A DNA stretch of 64,000 bases from Balneolaceae bacterium. GTDB lineage: Bacteria; Bacteroidota; Rhodothermia; Balneolales; Balneolaceae. The translations under genes were made by a program, and so were the position numbers. The DNA lies in assembly GCA_007693295.1 (NCBI GenBank), contig REDT01000264.1, positions 146 through 64,145 on the forward strand, written 5' to 3'. The notes under the pieces are model-generated. The model searched no databases. It was not told the DNA's origin and saw only the letters and a program-made list of their open reading frames with translations. Below, one piece after another: positions 11,408-22,115 of the stretch (position 1 is the stretch's first letter; the number at the start of each line of letters is the position of its first letter).

Positions 11408-12502
11408 TTACACATTAAACCGGAAGAGCATCACATCGCCGTCGTTTACGATGTACTCTTTTCCTTCCTGGCGCATTTTTCCGGCTTCCCGCGCTGCTTT
11501 TTCCGAGCCCAATTCTACGTAGTCACTGAAGGATATCGTTTCGGCACGAATGAATCCTTTTTCAAAATCCGTGTGAATAACTGCAGCAGCCTGCGGTGCT
11601 TTCATGCCTTTTTTGATCGTCCAGGCGCGAACTTCCTTGGGGCCGGCTGTGAAATAAGTAATCAACCCGAGCTTTTTATAAGCAGCCTGAATCAACCGAT
11701 CGAGCCCTGCACTCTCTATGCCAAGCTCCTCAAGAAACATCTCTTTCCCTTCATCGTCCAGTTCAGCGATCTCTGCTTCGATTTTAGCACAGAAAATGAC
11801 CAATTCGTCATTAAAACGAGCTGCAACCTTACGAACGGTTTCTACATACTCATTACCGCTGTTAACATCTGTTTCAGAAACATTACAGGCATACAGAACG
11901 GGTTTATCGGAGAGAAGGGATAGGTCTCTGTAAGCCTGTTTCTCCTCATGGGTTACCTCAAATGTTCGGGCAGTGTTACCATCCTGCAGGTGTTTGGCAA
12001 GGCGGTCTACAATCTCGAGCTGTGCCGACATTTTTTTATCGCCACTCTTTGATTGCTTTTTAAGGTTATCCACCCGTTTCTCAACAGACTCCAGATCCTT
12101 AAGAATAAGTTCATCCTCAATAATGTGAATGTCTCTCTCCGGATCAATGGATCCTTCAACATGAATCACGTCATCATCATCAAAACATCGCACCACGTGT
12201 ACGATCAAATCCACTTCACGAATGTGAGATAGAAAAGCGTTGCCTTTACCCTTTCCTTCAGATGCACCTTTTACCAGGCCTGCTATATCCACAAACTCGA
12301 TGGTGGCCGGTACGGTCACTTTGGGATTAACCAGATTCGCAAGTTGGTCGAGGCGTTCATCAGGAACCGGCACCAGGCCAACATTCGGATCGATGGTGCA
12401 AAAAGGAAAATTTGCTGCTTCAGCACCGGCATTACTCAGCGCATTAAAAAGTGTTGATTTACCGACGTTGGGCAGACCAACTATACCGCATTTCAAATTC
12501 AT
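11408..12502 (-). CDS. ychF: Redox-regulated ATPase YchF
   Basis: [33 protein letters not shown]-terminal [10 protein letters not shown]. Confidence 0.98.
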   Translation of the reverse strand: MNLKCGIVGLPNVGKSTLFNALSNAGAEAANFPFCTIDPNVGLVPVPDERLDQLANLVNPKVTVPATIEFVDIAGLVKGASEGKGKGNAFLSHIREVDLIVHVVRCFDDDDVIHVEGSIDPERDIHIIEDELILKDLESVEKRVDNLKKQSKSGDKKMSAQLEIVDRLAKHLQDGNTARTFEVTHEEKQAYRDLSLLSDKPVLYACNVSETDVNSGNEYVETVRKVAARFNDELVIFCAKIEAEIAELDDEGKEMFLEELGIESAGLDRLIQAAYKKLGLITYFTAGPKEVRAWTIKKGMKAPQAAAVIHTDFEKGFIRAETISFSDYVELGSEKAAREAGKMRQEGKEYIVNDGDVMLFRFNV

Positions 12503-12523
12503 ATAGATTCTAAAGTTAAAAAA

Positions 12524-13201
12524 TTAGTCGAGAGAGGATTGTTGAAAGAATTTCATTTCCGGAAGTTGAACAGCCGTCAGCTTTCCATAACCGAGCCGGT
12601 TGTATACGCAACCGGTATCAATGCCAATCATTTTGTTTTTTTTGATGGGAGAAGATCTTGGGGTGTGTCCGAAAACAACTGTTTTTTCCCAGGCGGTTTC
12701 CGCCGCATTGAGATGTTCTCTTCCCCAAAGAAAAAACTTACGCGCTTCGGGATCTGATTTACTCTCTTTAAGCGTCTGATGAGGCGGTGCACCTGCATGT
12801 ACAAAAAAGTAGTTATCCGTTTCGTAGTAAGGGAGAGTCAGGCTGTAAAAGTCGATATGATCTTGCGGTATCTCATTTACGCGAACCTGATCACCATATG
12901 ATTTGAGCGTAGTATCCCCACCGTTCAACATCCAGTTGTAGGCATCACCTTTCTCGAGGGCGTCGAGCAGCATCTGTTCATGATTGCCTCTCAGAAAAAC
13001 ACAGTTGCGTTCGTTTTTCTTTTCAAGCAGGAAATCAACAACTCCTTTTGAATCCGGTCCCCGATCAATATAATCACCAATAAACAGATGTATATGATCG
13101 GAATGAGGCTCAAGTTTCTTCCATAATGCCTTCACGGTTTTAAGACAGCCGTGTATGTCGCCAATTGCTATAATTTGTTCATTCATTTGATGAGGATTCA
13201 A
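12524..13201 (-). CDS. Metallophosphoesterase (PphA/ApaH-like Ser/Thr phosphatase family)
   Basis: GDIHG, GDYIDRG, RGNHE, FVHAG, FGHTP, IDTG motifs. Confidence 0.9.
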   Translation of the reverse strand: MNPHQMNEQIIAIGDIHGCLKTVKALWKKLEPHSDHIHLFIGDYIDRGPDSKGVVDFLLEKKNERNCVFLRGNHEQMLLDALEKGDAYNWMLNGGDTTLKSYGDQVRVNEIPQDHIDFYSLTLPYYETDNYFFVHAGAPPHQTLKESKSDPEARKFFLWGREHLNAAETAWEKTVVFGHTPRSSPIKKNKMIGIDTGCVYNRLGYGKLTAVQLPEMKFFQQSSLD

Positions 13202-13643
13202 TCAAGCCTCTGCCCTTCTTCTTAATTTTCCCTTCCTTCTTGAACTCATTTAAAATGGCGTCAAGTATTCCGTTCACAAAATTACCGCTTTTTCGGGTAG
13301 AATAGCTCTTTGCAAGTTCAATGGCTTCGTTTATGGTTACTTTTGTGGGTACATCATCAAAGTATAGAAATTCGGAAATTGCCATTCTGAGAATCAGCTT
13401 GTCAATAATTGCCAATCGTGCAACTTCCCAGTTATTGATGTGCTTTTGTATGATCAGATCATACTCCTCTTTAAAGTCAACGGTTTTGAGCAACAGCTTC
13501 TCTGCATATTTTACAGAATCGGTATCACTATCAAGCGATGCTTTAATAATATTCTTCGTAACGTCCTGGGTTTTGTTCCCGCCAACTTCAACGGCGTAAA
13601 TGGATTTTAGGGCGGCTTCGCGTGCGGCTCGTCTGTTATGCAT
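13179..13643 (-). CDS. nusB: Transcription antitermination factor NusB
   Basis: RRAAREAAL N-terminus, VTINEAIELAK, FVNGILD. Confidence 0.96.
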   Translation of the reverse strand: MHNRRAAREAALKSIYAVEVGGNKTQDVTKNIIKASLDSDTDSVKYAEKLLLKTVDFKEEYDLIIQKHINNWEVARLAIIDKLILRMAISEFLYFDDVPTKVTINEAIELAKSYSTRKSGNFVNGILDAILNEFKKEGKIKKKGRGLIESSSNE

Positions 13644-13759
13644 ATTCTTAAAAAATTTTCAAAGAACGGAAAAATACGAAGCTTATCACTCAGCTGAAAG
13701 AAAGAATCATCAAATTCCTTTGCATTTCAAATGTTGATGGGCTTATATTTAAATCATTC

Positions 13760-13833
13760 GGGTTTATAGCTCAGTTGGTTAGAGCGCATCGTTGACATCG
13801 ATGAGGTCGGCAGTTCGAATCTGCCTAAACCCA
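13760..13833 (+). tRNA. tRNA-Val(GAC)
   Basis: Acceptor GGGTTTA/TAAACCC, D-loop AGTTGGTTAGA, anticodon stem CATCG-TTGACAT-CGATG, T-loop GTTCGAATC; CCA not encoded. Confidence 0.96.
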
Positions 13834-13986
13834 CTTCCTCAAAGTTTCCTCTCTAAAGCCTTATATTTCAGTTTGTTTTAAAATTAAGTGTAAAATTCTG
13901 ACGTGAAGATTCATCAACAAGTTCAGGTAATTACCGGAACCGATAAATCATCAAGCAGTACTTCTCACATAACACAATGAAATTCT

Positions 13987-16122
13987 ATGCCAATTATTAT
14001 AAAGTATTCCCCCCTATTTCTGACAATTTTCTGCTTTACCTTTTTTTTAAATTCATGTTCTGAACCTGACCCAATGACAGATAACCCGTTCCTTACGCCC
14101 AGTACCCTTCCTTTTGAAGCACCTGATTTTAATGCAATTAATGATGAGCACTACATGCCGGCTTTCGTAAAGGGAATGGAGGAGCAGCTTGCGGAAATAG
14201 AGGCAATCGCTACCAACCCTGAAGACCCTGATTTTGAGAATACCATAGTTGCCATGGAAGAGAGCGGTGAACTGTTAACACGCGTGCAGCGGGTCTTCTC
14301 TAATCTGACTTCGGCTCATACCAATGATAAACTGCAGGGTATACAGTCGGAGCTGGCTCCTAAACTTGCCGCACATTCAGACAATATCTTGCTCAACCGT
14401 GCACTATTTGAAAGAATTGGTACACTTTATGAGAATCGTGAAGATTTAGAGTTAGATGAAGAATCACTGAAACTTCTTAAGGATACATATAGAGATTTTG
14501 TTCGGGCCGGCGCACAGCTCGATGACAGTCAGCAGGCGCGTATGAGAGAGATTAATGAACGGGTTTCATCTCTCACAACCCAATTTCAGGAGAACCTTTT
14601 GGAGATATCCCGAGAGCGGGCTGTAGTTGTGGATAATCCGGATCTGCTTGATGGACTGAGCAGTGACCGTATTGCTGCGGCAAAAGAAGCTGCAGAAAAC
14701 CGCGGCCATGAGAACAAATACCTCTTGTCTATCACCAACACAACCCGGCAGCCGGTGCTCACGTCGCTCCGGAACCGTGATATGAGAGAAAAAGTTTGGA
14801 ATGCCTCTGCTTACAGGGGCATTGGTGAAAACGGTGGAATAGATAACACCCCTATTGTTCTGGAGCTGGTTGAGTTGAGAGCTGAGCGCGCTGAACTTTT
14901 AGGATATCAAAGCTTTGCCCATTTTGCACTTGAACCGCAAACCGGTGAAAACCCGGAGAGGGTTCTTGAGATGCTTACAGGTTTAATCCCGGCTGTGATT
15001 AAGAATTCCGATGAAGAAGCTGATCAAATTATCGAAGCCATGAGGGAAGACGGTATTGAAGGTGAACTGATGCCGTGGGATTGGGAGTATTATGCGGAAA
15101 TAGTAAGAAAGGCAAAGTATGATATCGATGAAGATGAGGTTCGTCCATACTTTGAATTAAACCGTGTACTTGAAGATGGTGTCTTTTACGCCATGAACAG
15201 ACTGTATGGCATCACCTTTGAAGAGCGTCACGATCTTCCGGTATATCACGAAGATGTGCGTGTATTTGATGTTTTTGACCATGATGGCGAACAGCTGGGC
15301 CTATTTTATGCTGATTATTTTGCCAGAGACTCTAAACGCGGCGGCGCCTGGATGAACTCTTTTGTGGTTCAATCTGAACTCAGAAACCAGAAACCTGTCG
15401 TTGTAAATGTACTCAACATCTCCCCTCCTGCCGAGGGTGAGCCGGCACTGATCAGCTTTGGCAATGTAACAACCCTGTTCCACGAAATGGGCCATGCCGT
15501 TCATGGATTATTTTCTGATGTAACCTATCCTTCACTGGCCGGCACCTCAGTTCCCCGCGACTTTGTAGAGTTCCCATCTACTTTTGAAGAGGATTGGGCA
15601 ATACATCCGGAGGTACTGGAGAACTATGCCGTGCATCATGAAACCGGTGAACGAATCCCGCAAGATCTGCTCAATCGGGTAATTGCTGCGCGAGATTTTA
15701 ACCAGGGTTTTGATACCTACGAATATCTTGCTGCTACCATGGTCGATATGGAGTGGCACCTGTTGCCAACCCATCAGATACCCGATAACGTGGCAGGCTT
15801 TGAGCAGACTTCACTGGCCAAATACAGATTAAATAATCCCGCAATTCCGCCAAGATATAAATCAGCCTATTTTGCCCATATTTTCTCGGGTGGCTATTCA
15901 GCTAATTACTACGCCTATATCTGGAGTGAAGTACTGGCAGCCGATGCCTTCGCATTCATGAAAGAGCGGGGCGGCCTGACCCGGGAAAACGGAGACCACT
16001 ACAGAAGTACAATACTGTCGCAAGGTGGCAGCAGAGAAGCTATGGACCTGTACCGCGACTTCAGGGGCGGCGAACCTGATGTCACGAATCTGTTAAGAAG
16101 ACGCGGATTACTGTCTGAATAA
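13987..16122 (+). CDS. dcp: M3 family peptidyl-dipeptidase Dcp-like lipoprotein
   Basis: Lipobox LNSC; KRGGAWM, zinc motif FHEMGHAVHG, DFVEFPS, GGYSANYYAY. Confidence 0.92.
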   Translation: MPIIIKYSPLFLTIFCFTFFLNSCSEPDPMTDNPFLTPSTLPFEAPDFNAINDEHYMPAFVKGMEEQLAEIEAIATNPEDPDFENTIVAMEESGELLTRVQRVFSNLTSAHTNDKLQGIQSELAPKLAAHSDNILLNRALFERIGTLYENREDLELDEESLKLLKDTYRDFVRAGAQLDDSQQARMREINERVSSLTTQFQENLLEISRERAVVVDNPDLLDGLSSDRIAAAKEAAENRGHENKYLLSITNTTRQPVLTSLRNRDMREKVWNASAYRGIGENGGIDNTPIVLELVELRAERAELLGYQSFAHFALEPQTGENPERVLEMLTGLIPAVIKNSDEEADQIIEAMREDGIEGELMPWDWEYYAEIVRKAKYDIDEDEVRPYFELNRVLEDGVFYAMNRLYGITFEERHDLPVYHEDVRVFDVFDHDGEQLGLFYADYFARDSKRGGAWMNSFVVQSELRNQKPVVVNVLNISPPAEGEPALISFGNVTTLFHEMGHAVHGLFSDVTYPSLAGTSVPRDFVEFPSTFEEDWAIHPEVLENYAVHHETGERIPQDLLNRVIAARDFNQGFDTYEYLAATMVDMEWHLLPTHQIPDNVAGFEQTSLAKYRLNNPAIPPRYKSAYFAHIFSGGYSANYYAYIWSEVLAADAFAFMKERGGLTRENGDHYRSTILSQGGSREAMDLYRDFRGGEPDVTNLLRRRGLLSE

Positions 16123-16127
16123 GTGAA

Positions 16128-18635
16128 TTAAACAGACAGCAGTGATTCATGCTTGAACGTAAAGTTAAATGATGTCCCATTGTTCTCGCTGATCATCATT
16201 TTGGCATTCAGCTGTTTGTTTAGAGTCTTAATCAATGTTAATCCCAAAGACCGTTTCCCGAGATTTTCAAAATTATCAGGCAAGCCTATCCCGTTGTCGG
16301 TAATTACAAGATTCACCTCCTCTTCATTTAACTGCTTAAGCGTAATTTGGATTATCGGGTTGCCCTTAAAGGAGCCGGGAAATGCATGTTTGAATGAATT
16401 TGTCAGAATTTCATTCAAGAGCAACCCACAAGGTATGGCCTGTGTAATGGTGAACTCTATTTCTTCGGCGTCTATCTGAATCTCTACCGGTCTTACGTGG
16501 GTATTGTGTGATCTCTTTATCACTTCAATCAGGTCTCTGATGTAGTTATCGAAACTTATTTTTGATAGTGTCTCATTCTGATAGAGCTTCTCGTGTATCA
16601 GAGCCATCGAATGAATCCTCATCTGGCTGTCTTTTAGCGCCTTGCTTGCAATTTCATTTTCCAGTTTATGCGATTGAAGCTCCAAAAGGCCCGTAATTAC
16701 AGCAAGGTTATTTTTAACTCTGTGATGTATTTCAGACAGAAGTACTTCTTTTTCCCTTAATGAATTCCTGACCTGTTTTTCAACCCGGTTTCTATCCGTT
16801 ATATCAACATATATTCCATAGATGGCAATCGTTTTATCATCCACCACCACAGGTACGCCGTAAATAATTACATCGACCAGGCTTCCGTCACTTTTTCTTC
16901 TTACACTCGAAAATTCAAAAGGTTCTGTGCTGGCTGAAAGACTTTTTGCTTCTTCTACTTTATCATCCGGAGCGATAACAGAATCTATTTCAAGCCCCTT
17001 AATATCCTGGATATTGTATCCGAAGATCTCTTCAAAACCCTGATTGGCCATTTGAATCTCTTTGTGCTCGTCAAGCAGGGCAATTCCAATCGGAGCACTT
17101 AGAAACAGTTGACGAAACAGCTGTTCGTTTTGCTTTAGCTCAAGCTGCTGCTCAAACTGATCGGATATATCGCGTGCAATTGCAATTACAACGGTTTCTC
17201 CAAAATAATTGCCGGGATTCAGCTGAATCTCCTTCGGGAATATTTCTCCATTCTTTCGCTTGCCCCACCACTTGAATCGCTGGTGCTCACCGTTAAGTGC
17301 CTTTTCAAATAGCTCATATGTAGCATCCAGATCAACTTTCCCCGGAGCGGCCAAAAATGAGGGATCTTTGCCGATTATCTCATCACGGCTGTATCCATAC
17401 GTTTCAAGGGCCGTTTTATTCACCTCAATAAACTTACCGTTCAAATTTTGAATGTAAATTGAATCTCCAATCGAGTCGAAAAGGGCCCTGTAGCTGTCTA
17501 CCGAAATTTTATATCGTTTATTGGCCTCTATCTGTTTTGTCTGATCAACAACCACGCCAATAAGTGCCGGTTTGTCTTTTAGAAGTATTTTTGATGCATA
17601 TACTTTAATATGAATAACCTTGCCTGTTTTGCTAACTGCGCGTACTTCTTCTTCAAAAGATTCAATTTTATTTTGCAGCCAAAGCTCACGCAGGCGTTCC
17701 ATTCTGTTTCGATCATCCTTATGAAAGAGTTTGAACGGATTGAAATCATTAAGCAGTTCATCCTTACTGTAACCGCTCATTTCACATATCCTGGGGTTTA
17801 CATATTTAAATCGTTTACCCTGGGTCATGTAAACCCCTACCAGAGAGGCTTCACTTAAAACCCTGAAACGTTCTTCTGATTCTCGCAGGCTCAGTTCGGC
17901 AACTCGTTTACTGGTAATATCCTCTACCATAGAGTAGATACTATGCAACTTGCCTGACGGATCGAACATAGCAGCCAAATGCCAGGTACACCAGATGGTT
18001 TCTCCTGATTTGGTTAGATGTTTGGAATCTATTGTCAGGTAGGGTTGCCGGGAGTGAATAAAATTATTCAGATTAATTTCTGCATCATCAATAATATGAT
18101 CGGGCAAGATTCCTGTATCAAATAGATTTTTACCCTTTAATTCATTGAAACTCCATCCAAATATCTCTTTTGCTGCCTCCGGCCACTCTGTTACATTTCC
18201 CTCTTCATCCCACACAATTGTGGCCATTGGCAAGCGGTCTTTGATTACATCAACTTTTGGCAGCTGTGGCAGCTTAGAATCCGGAGAGTTAAAACGTTCA
18301 GAAATATCGTGAGCAACAGCCAGCTCGGTTTGTCTGTTTTGGTATTGAATGAGCTGCTTGGTGAACTGTATATAAAAAGACTTGCCGGTTTTACTGAAAT
18401 GTTTCCAAATGGAGTCGGGCCACGTTTTCAAGTCACCATTACCGGGAGGTTTATCAAGGTACTCTCCAAGGTCTGAAATCTTTTTTTGTCTGAATTCAGC
18501 CTTACTGTATCCATACCTTTGTACTGCGGCTTCATTTGCATCAATAATCAGCAATGTTTTGCAGTCGTACAGAAACATCGCTTCATCATCAAAAAAGCGA
18601 CCCGATACTACATTGATATTTTTAGTCTTATCCAT
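16128..18635 (-). CDS. Multi-PAS sensor histidine kinase (HisKA_2 type)
   Basis: About five PAS-like repeats; LLSEIHHRVKNNL H-box; NEILTNSFKHAF, DNGIG, SLGLTLI. Confidence 0.92.
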   Translation of the reverse strand: MDKTKNINVVSGRFFDDEAMFLYDCKTLLIIDANEAAVQRYGYSKAEFRQKKISDLGEYLDKPPGNGDLKTWPDSIWKHFSKTGKSFYIQFTKQLIQYQNRQTELAVAHDISERFNSPDSKLPQLPKVDVIKDRLPMATIVWDEEGNVTEWPEAAKEIFGWSFNELKGKNLFDTGILPDHIIDDAEINLNNFIHSRQPYLTIDSKHLTKSGETIWCTWHLAAMFDPSGKLHSIYSMVEDITSKRVAELSLRESEERFRVLSEASLVGVYMTQGKRFKYVNPRICEMSGYSKDELLNDFNPFKLFHKDDRNRMERLRELWLQNKIESFEEEVRAVSKTGKVIHIKVYASKILLKDKPALIGVVVDQTKQIEANKRYKISVDSYRALFDSIGDSIYIQNLNGKFIEVNKTALETYGYSRDEIIGKDPSFLAAPGKVDLDATYELFEKALNGEHQRFKWWGKRKNGEIFPKEIQLNPGNYFGETVVIAIARDISDQFEQQLELKQNEQLFRQLFLSAPIGIALLDEHKEIQMANQGFEEIFGYNIQDIKGLEIDSVIAPDDKVEEAKSLSASTEPFEFSSVRRKSDGSLVDVIIYGVPVVVDDKTIAIYGIYVDITDRNRVEKQVRNSLREKEVLLSEIHHRVKNNLAVITGLLELQSHKLENEIASKALKDSQMRIHSMALIHEKLYQNETLSKISFDNYIRDLIEVIKRSHNTHVRPVEIQIDAEEIEFTITQAIPCGLLLNEILTNSFKHAFPGSFKGNPIIQITLKQLNEEEVNLVITDNGIGLPDNFENLGKRSLGLTLIKTLNKQLNAKMMISENNGTSFNFTFKHESLLSV

Positions 18636-18833
18636 TCGTAAATGCCGTTTTTTAATTTTAATTGCGGCAAAAATGAGTTGTTATATTACACAGATCATAA
18701 TAAGGACTCTTCTCAATGGTATAAATTACCAAATATGATATAGATAATGGTTTAATGGAATGTCAGGATTTTGTATTTTTCGCCTAACAGATATTAAAAA
18801 TATAATATTCATATTTCCCATAGTAATAAATTA

Positions 18834-20783
18834 ATGCCAGAAGACTCCATAACCCTGACTTTTCCTGACGGAGCAAAAAAAGAGTTTAAAAAAAATATTA
18901 CCGGCCTGGAAGTTGCAGAGAGTATATCAAAAGGTTTAGCCAGAAATGCATTGAGCGTAACTGTAAATGGTGAAATTAAAGACCTTGATGTTCCGATTAC
19001 CCAAGATGCAACCATTTCCATAAACACATGGGACAGTGATGAAGGGCAATATACCTTCTGGCACTCCTCAGCTCACCTTCTTGCCGAAGCTGTGCAGGAG
19101 TTGTATCCTGATGCCAAGTTTGGCATCGGCCCTCCTATTGAGACCGGATTCTATTACGATATTGATTTTGGCGATGAGCCATTTGGCCAGGAGCAAATTC
19201 CTGAAGTTGAAAAGAAGATGATCGAACTGGCCAGGAATAAATCTGAATTCAAACAGAAAGAAGTTTCTAAAGAGGAAGCTCTCGAATTTTATAAAGCCCG
19301 CAATAACGAGTACAAGGTTGATCTTATCAAAGATCTTGAAGACGGAACAATCACGTTTTACGAGCAGGGTTCATTTACGGATCTATGCCGCGGCCCGCAT
19401 ATCCCCGACACCTCTCTTATTAAAGCTGTTAAACTCACAAATTTGGCCGGTGCCTATTGGCGCGGTGATGTGAACAGTAAACAGCTTACTCGAATATATG
19501 GAGTGTCGTTTCCGAAACAGAAATTACTGGATGAGTATCTCGAACAGCTTGAAGAGGCTAAAAAACGGGATCATAAAAAACTGGGCAAGGAGCTTGGTAT
19601 CTATATGATGGATCGGATGGTTGGATCGGGCCTGCCTTTATGGTTGCCAAACGGGGCTGTTTTGAGAAGAACTCTTGAGGCTTTTCTTCGGGATGAACAG
19701 GTTCGAAGAGGATACAAAGAGGTGATTACGCCTCATATTGGAAATATTGAACTCTATAAAACCTCCGGGCACTACCCATACTATCAGGATTCACAATACA
19801 ATCCTATGCAGGTTGATGATGAAGAGTACATGCTGAAACCCATGAACTGTCCGCATCACCACCGTATTTATTCAAATGATCTTCGAAGCTATCGGGATCT
19901 GCCGCTGCGGTTGGCAGAATTTGGAACGGTTTATCGATACGAGCAGAGCGGTGAATTGAACGGACTCTCAAGAGTTCGCGGATTCACCCAGGATGACGCT
20001 CACATCTACTGTACACACAATCAGCTCAAGGACGAGATTAAAAAAACGATCGAGCTGACGCAATTTGTATTTAAAACCTTCGGCATGCCGGTAGACATAC
20101 GTCTCTCATTCCGGGATGAGAATGAAGATAAATATGGCGGGGAATCAGAGTATTGGGAACGTGCACAACAGGAGATACGCGAGGTTGCCGATGAGATGAG
20201 TCTTGATTATAAAGTTGCTTTGGGAGAGGCCAGTTTTTACGGCCCCAAAATCGATTTTATCATTCGAGATGCCATTGGCAGAAAATGGCAGCTCGGTACC
20301 GTACAGGTCGATTATGTAATGCCCGAACGGTTTGACCTTACCTACATCGGTTCAGACAATGATAAGCACCGGCCGGTTATCATTCACCGTGCTCCATTTG
20401 GATCCATGGAACGTTTTGTAAGTATATTGATTGAGCATTTTGCCGGAGATTTTCCTCTTTGGCTCTCCCCTGTTCAAATTAAAATCCTCCCTATTTCGGA
20501 AGATTTCAACGATTACGGGCAAAGTTGTGCCGACAGGTTTAAGGAGATCGGAATTCGTGTAGAGGTAGACTCCCGCTCTGAAATGATTGGCGCAAAAATA
20601 AGGGATGCAGAAAATGCAAAAATTCCATATATGTTAATTGTAGGAGCAAAAGAGAAGGAGAATGGTACAGTATCGGCCAGAAGGCATAAAATGGGCGATA
20701 TTGGAACGTTTTCGTTTGATGATTTTTTTAATAAGGTGAAGGAAGAAAACACTTCCCGCTCACTGCCACCAAACCATAAATAA
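18834..20783 (+). CDS. thrS: Threonine--tRNA ligase
   Basis: TGS domain, WHSSAH, DLCRGPH, KPMNCP, RVRGFTQDDAH, FYGPKID. Confidence 0.98.
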   Translation: MPEDSITLTFPDGAKKEFKKNITGLEVAESISKGLARNALSVTVNGEIKDLDVPITQDATISINTWDSDEGQYTFWHSSAHLLAEAVQELYPDAKFGIGPPIETGFYYDIDFGDEPFGQEQIPEVEKKMIELARNKSEFKQKEVSKEEALEFYKARNNEYKVDLIKDLEDGTITFYEQGSFTDLCRGPHIPDTSLIKAVKLTNLAGAYWRGDVNSKQLTRIYGVSFPKQKLLDEYLEQLEEAKKRDHKKLGKELGIYMMDRMVGSGLPLWLPNGAVLRRTLEAFLRDEQVRRGYKEVITPHIGNIELYKTSGHYPYYQDSQYNPMQVDDEEYMLKPMNCPHHHRIYSNDLRSYRDLPLRLAEFGTVYRYEQSGELNGLSRVRGFTQDDAHIYCTHNQLKDEIKKTIELTQFVFKTFGMPVDIRLSFRDENEDKYGGESEYWERAQQEIREVADEMSLDYKVALGEASFYGPKIDFIIRDAIGRKWQLGTVQVDYVMPERFDLTYIGSDNDKHRPVIIHRAPFGSMERFVSILIEHFAGDFPLWLSPVQIKILPISEDFNDYGQSCADRFKEIGIRVEVDSRSEMIGAKIRDAENAKIPYMLIVGAKEKENGTVSARRHKMGDIGTFSFDDFFNKVKEENTSRSLPPNHK

Positions 20784-20800
20784 AAATACAGAGGTATCTT

Positions 20801-21343
20801 ATCGCAAGAAGAAACACCATGAGAAGACAACGGAATGATGATCGCCCAAAGGTGAACGATGAAATTCGTTCATCCAAAGTGCGCCTAATCAAACCTGATG
20901 ACGAACACGAGATTGTATCGATTGAAAGAGCTTTGGAAATAGCAGAATCCTTTAAAATGGATCTGGTAGAGGTAGCTCCGGATGCAAAGCCACCGGTCTG
21001 TAAAGTGATCGATTTTGGCAAATACATGTATGAGAAGAAGAAGAAAGAGAAGGAAGCCAAAAAGAAACAGCACACTATCCAGGTAAAGGAACTTCGCTTT
21101 CGGCCAACAACAGATGATCATGACCTTGAGTTTAAAACCCGGCACGCTCGAGAATTTCTTGAGGGCGGAGATAAAGTGAAAGCAACCGTACAGTTTCGGG
21201 GGCGTGATATGCTCTACACCGAACAGGGAGAAAAGCTATTAAAAGAACTTGCAGAGTCGCTGGATGACGTAAGTAAGATTGAATCAAACCCAACTATGGA
21301 AGGACGAAGAATGATTATGATTCTCTCTCCATCAAAAGGTTAA
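20801..21343 (+). CDS. infC: Translation initiation factor IF-3 (probable ATC start at 20801; first ATG at 20819)
   Basis: [34 protein letters not shown]-like GAGGT at 20791-20795 precedes in-frame ATC. Confidence 0.96.
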   Translation: MARRNTMRRQRNDDRPKVNDEIRSSKVRLIKPDDEHEIVSIERALEIAESFKMDLVEVAPDAKPPVCKVIDFGKYMYEKKKKEKEAKKKQHTIQVKELRFRPTTDDHDLEFKTRHAREFLEGGDKVKATVQFRGRDMLYTEQGEKLLKELAESLDDVSKIESNPTMEGRRMIMILSPSKG

Positions 21344-21417
21344 AACTTCTCTTTTATCACATAATAATCCTTGCTATCTTAGCAGTCTTTATAATTATTC
21401 AGATAATTAAGCAAGCT

Positions 21418-21615
21418 ATGCCTAAAATGAAGTCGAATAGCGGCGCCAAAAAGCGGTTTAAATTTACCGGATCCGGTAAAATTAAGCGTAAAAAAGCTTA
21501 TAAACGTCATATTCTTACAAAGAAATCACCCAAAAGGAAGAACAACCTTGGCAAAGATACATTAGTACACGATGCTGATGTAAAATCTGTCAAAGCGCTT
21601 CTCCCCTACGGATAA
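21418..21615 (+). CDS. rpmI: 50S ribosomal protein L35
   Basis: [21 protein letters not shown]; position between infC and rplT. Confidence 0.97.
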   Translation: MPKMKSNSGAKKRFKFTGSGKIKRKKAYKRHILTKKSPKRKNNLGKDTLVHDADVKSVKALLPYG

Positions 21616-21646
21616 TCAAATTTTAAACCATTAAACGTTAGTAAAA

Positions 21647-21994
21647 ATGCCACGTTCAACAAATTTGGTGGCTTCCCGTCGCCGTCGCCGCAAGATTCTA
21701 AAGCAGGCGAAAGGCTACTGGGGCAGACGCAAAAACGTTTATACTGTTGCCAAAAATGCGGTAGAGAAAGGTCTTCAATACCAGTACCGCGATCGGAAAG
21801 TTCGTAAACGAATGTTTCGACGTCTTTGGATTGCACGTATTAATGCAGCTGCCCGGTTAAACGGAACCACCTACGGAAAACTGATTCACGGAATGAAGTC
21901 CAACGGGCTCGAAATTAATCGAAAAATGTTAGCTGATATTGCTGTACGCGATCCGGAAACATTCACTGCCATTGTAAAAGAAGCAGTAAATTAA
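21647..21994 (+). CDS. rplT: 50S ribosomal protein L20
   Basis: [32 protein letters not shown]. Confidence 0.98.
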   Translation: MPRSTNLVASRRRRRKILKQAKGYWGRRKNVYTVAKNAVEKGLQYQYRDRKVRKRMFRRLWIARINAAARLNGTTYGKLIHGMKSNGLEINRKMLADIAVRDPETFTAIVKEAVN

Positions 21995-22013
21995 TTTCTT
22001 CCATTTTATTACA

Positions 22014-22051
22014 GCCGGCAGATCTCTCAACAGGTTTGCCGGTTTTTTTTT
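22014..22051 (+). terminator. Intrinsic terminator after rplT
   Basis: GCCGGCAGATCT-CTCAAC-AGGTTTGCCGGT followed by a T run. Confidence 0.85.
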
Positions 22052-22115
22052 ATCACATACTTTTCAGATTAACCCATCTCAACTTCTTCAGGGTTAGATT
22101 TTAACAGATTTCTAC

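Noticed and set aside
13760..16122. Genomic island integrated at tRNA-Val (or at tRNA-Ser, 39377)
   Set aside because: No integrase, no duplicated tRNA 3' end seen, and the flanking genes are ordinary chromosomal genes
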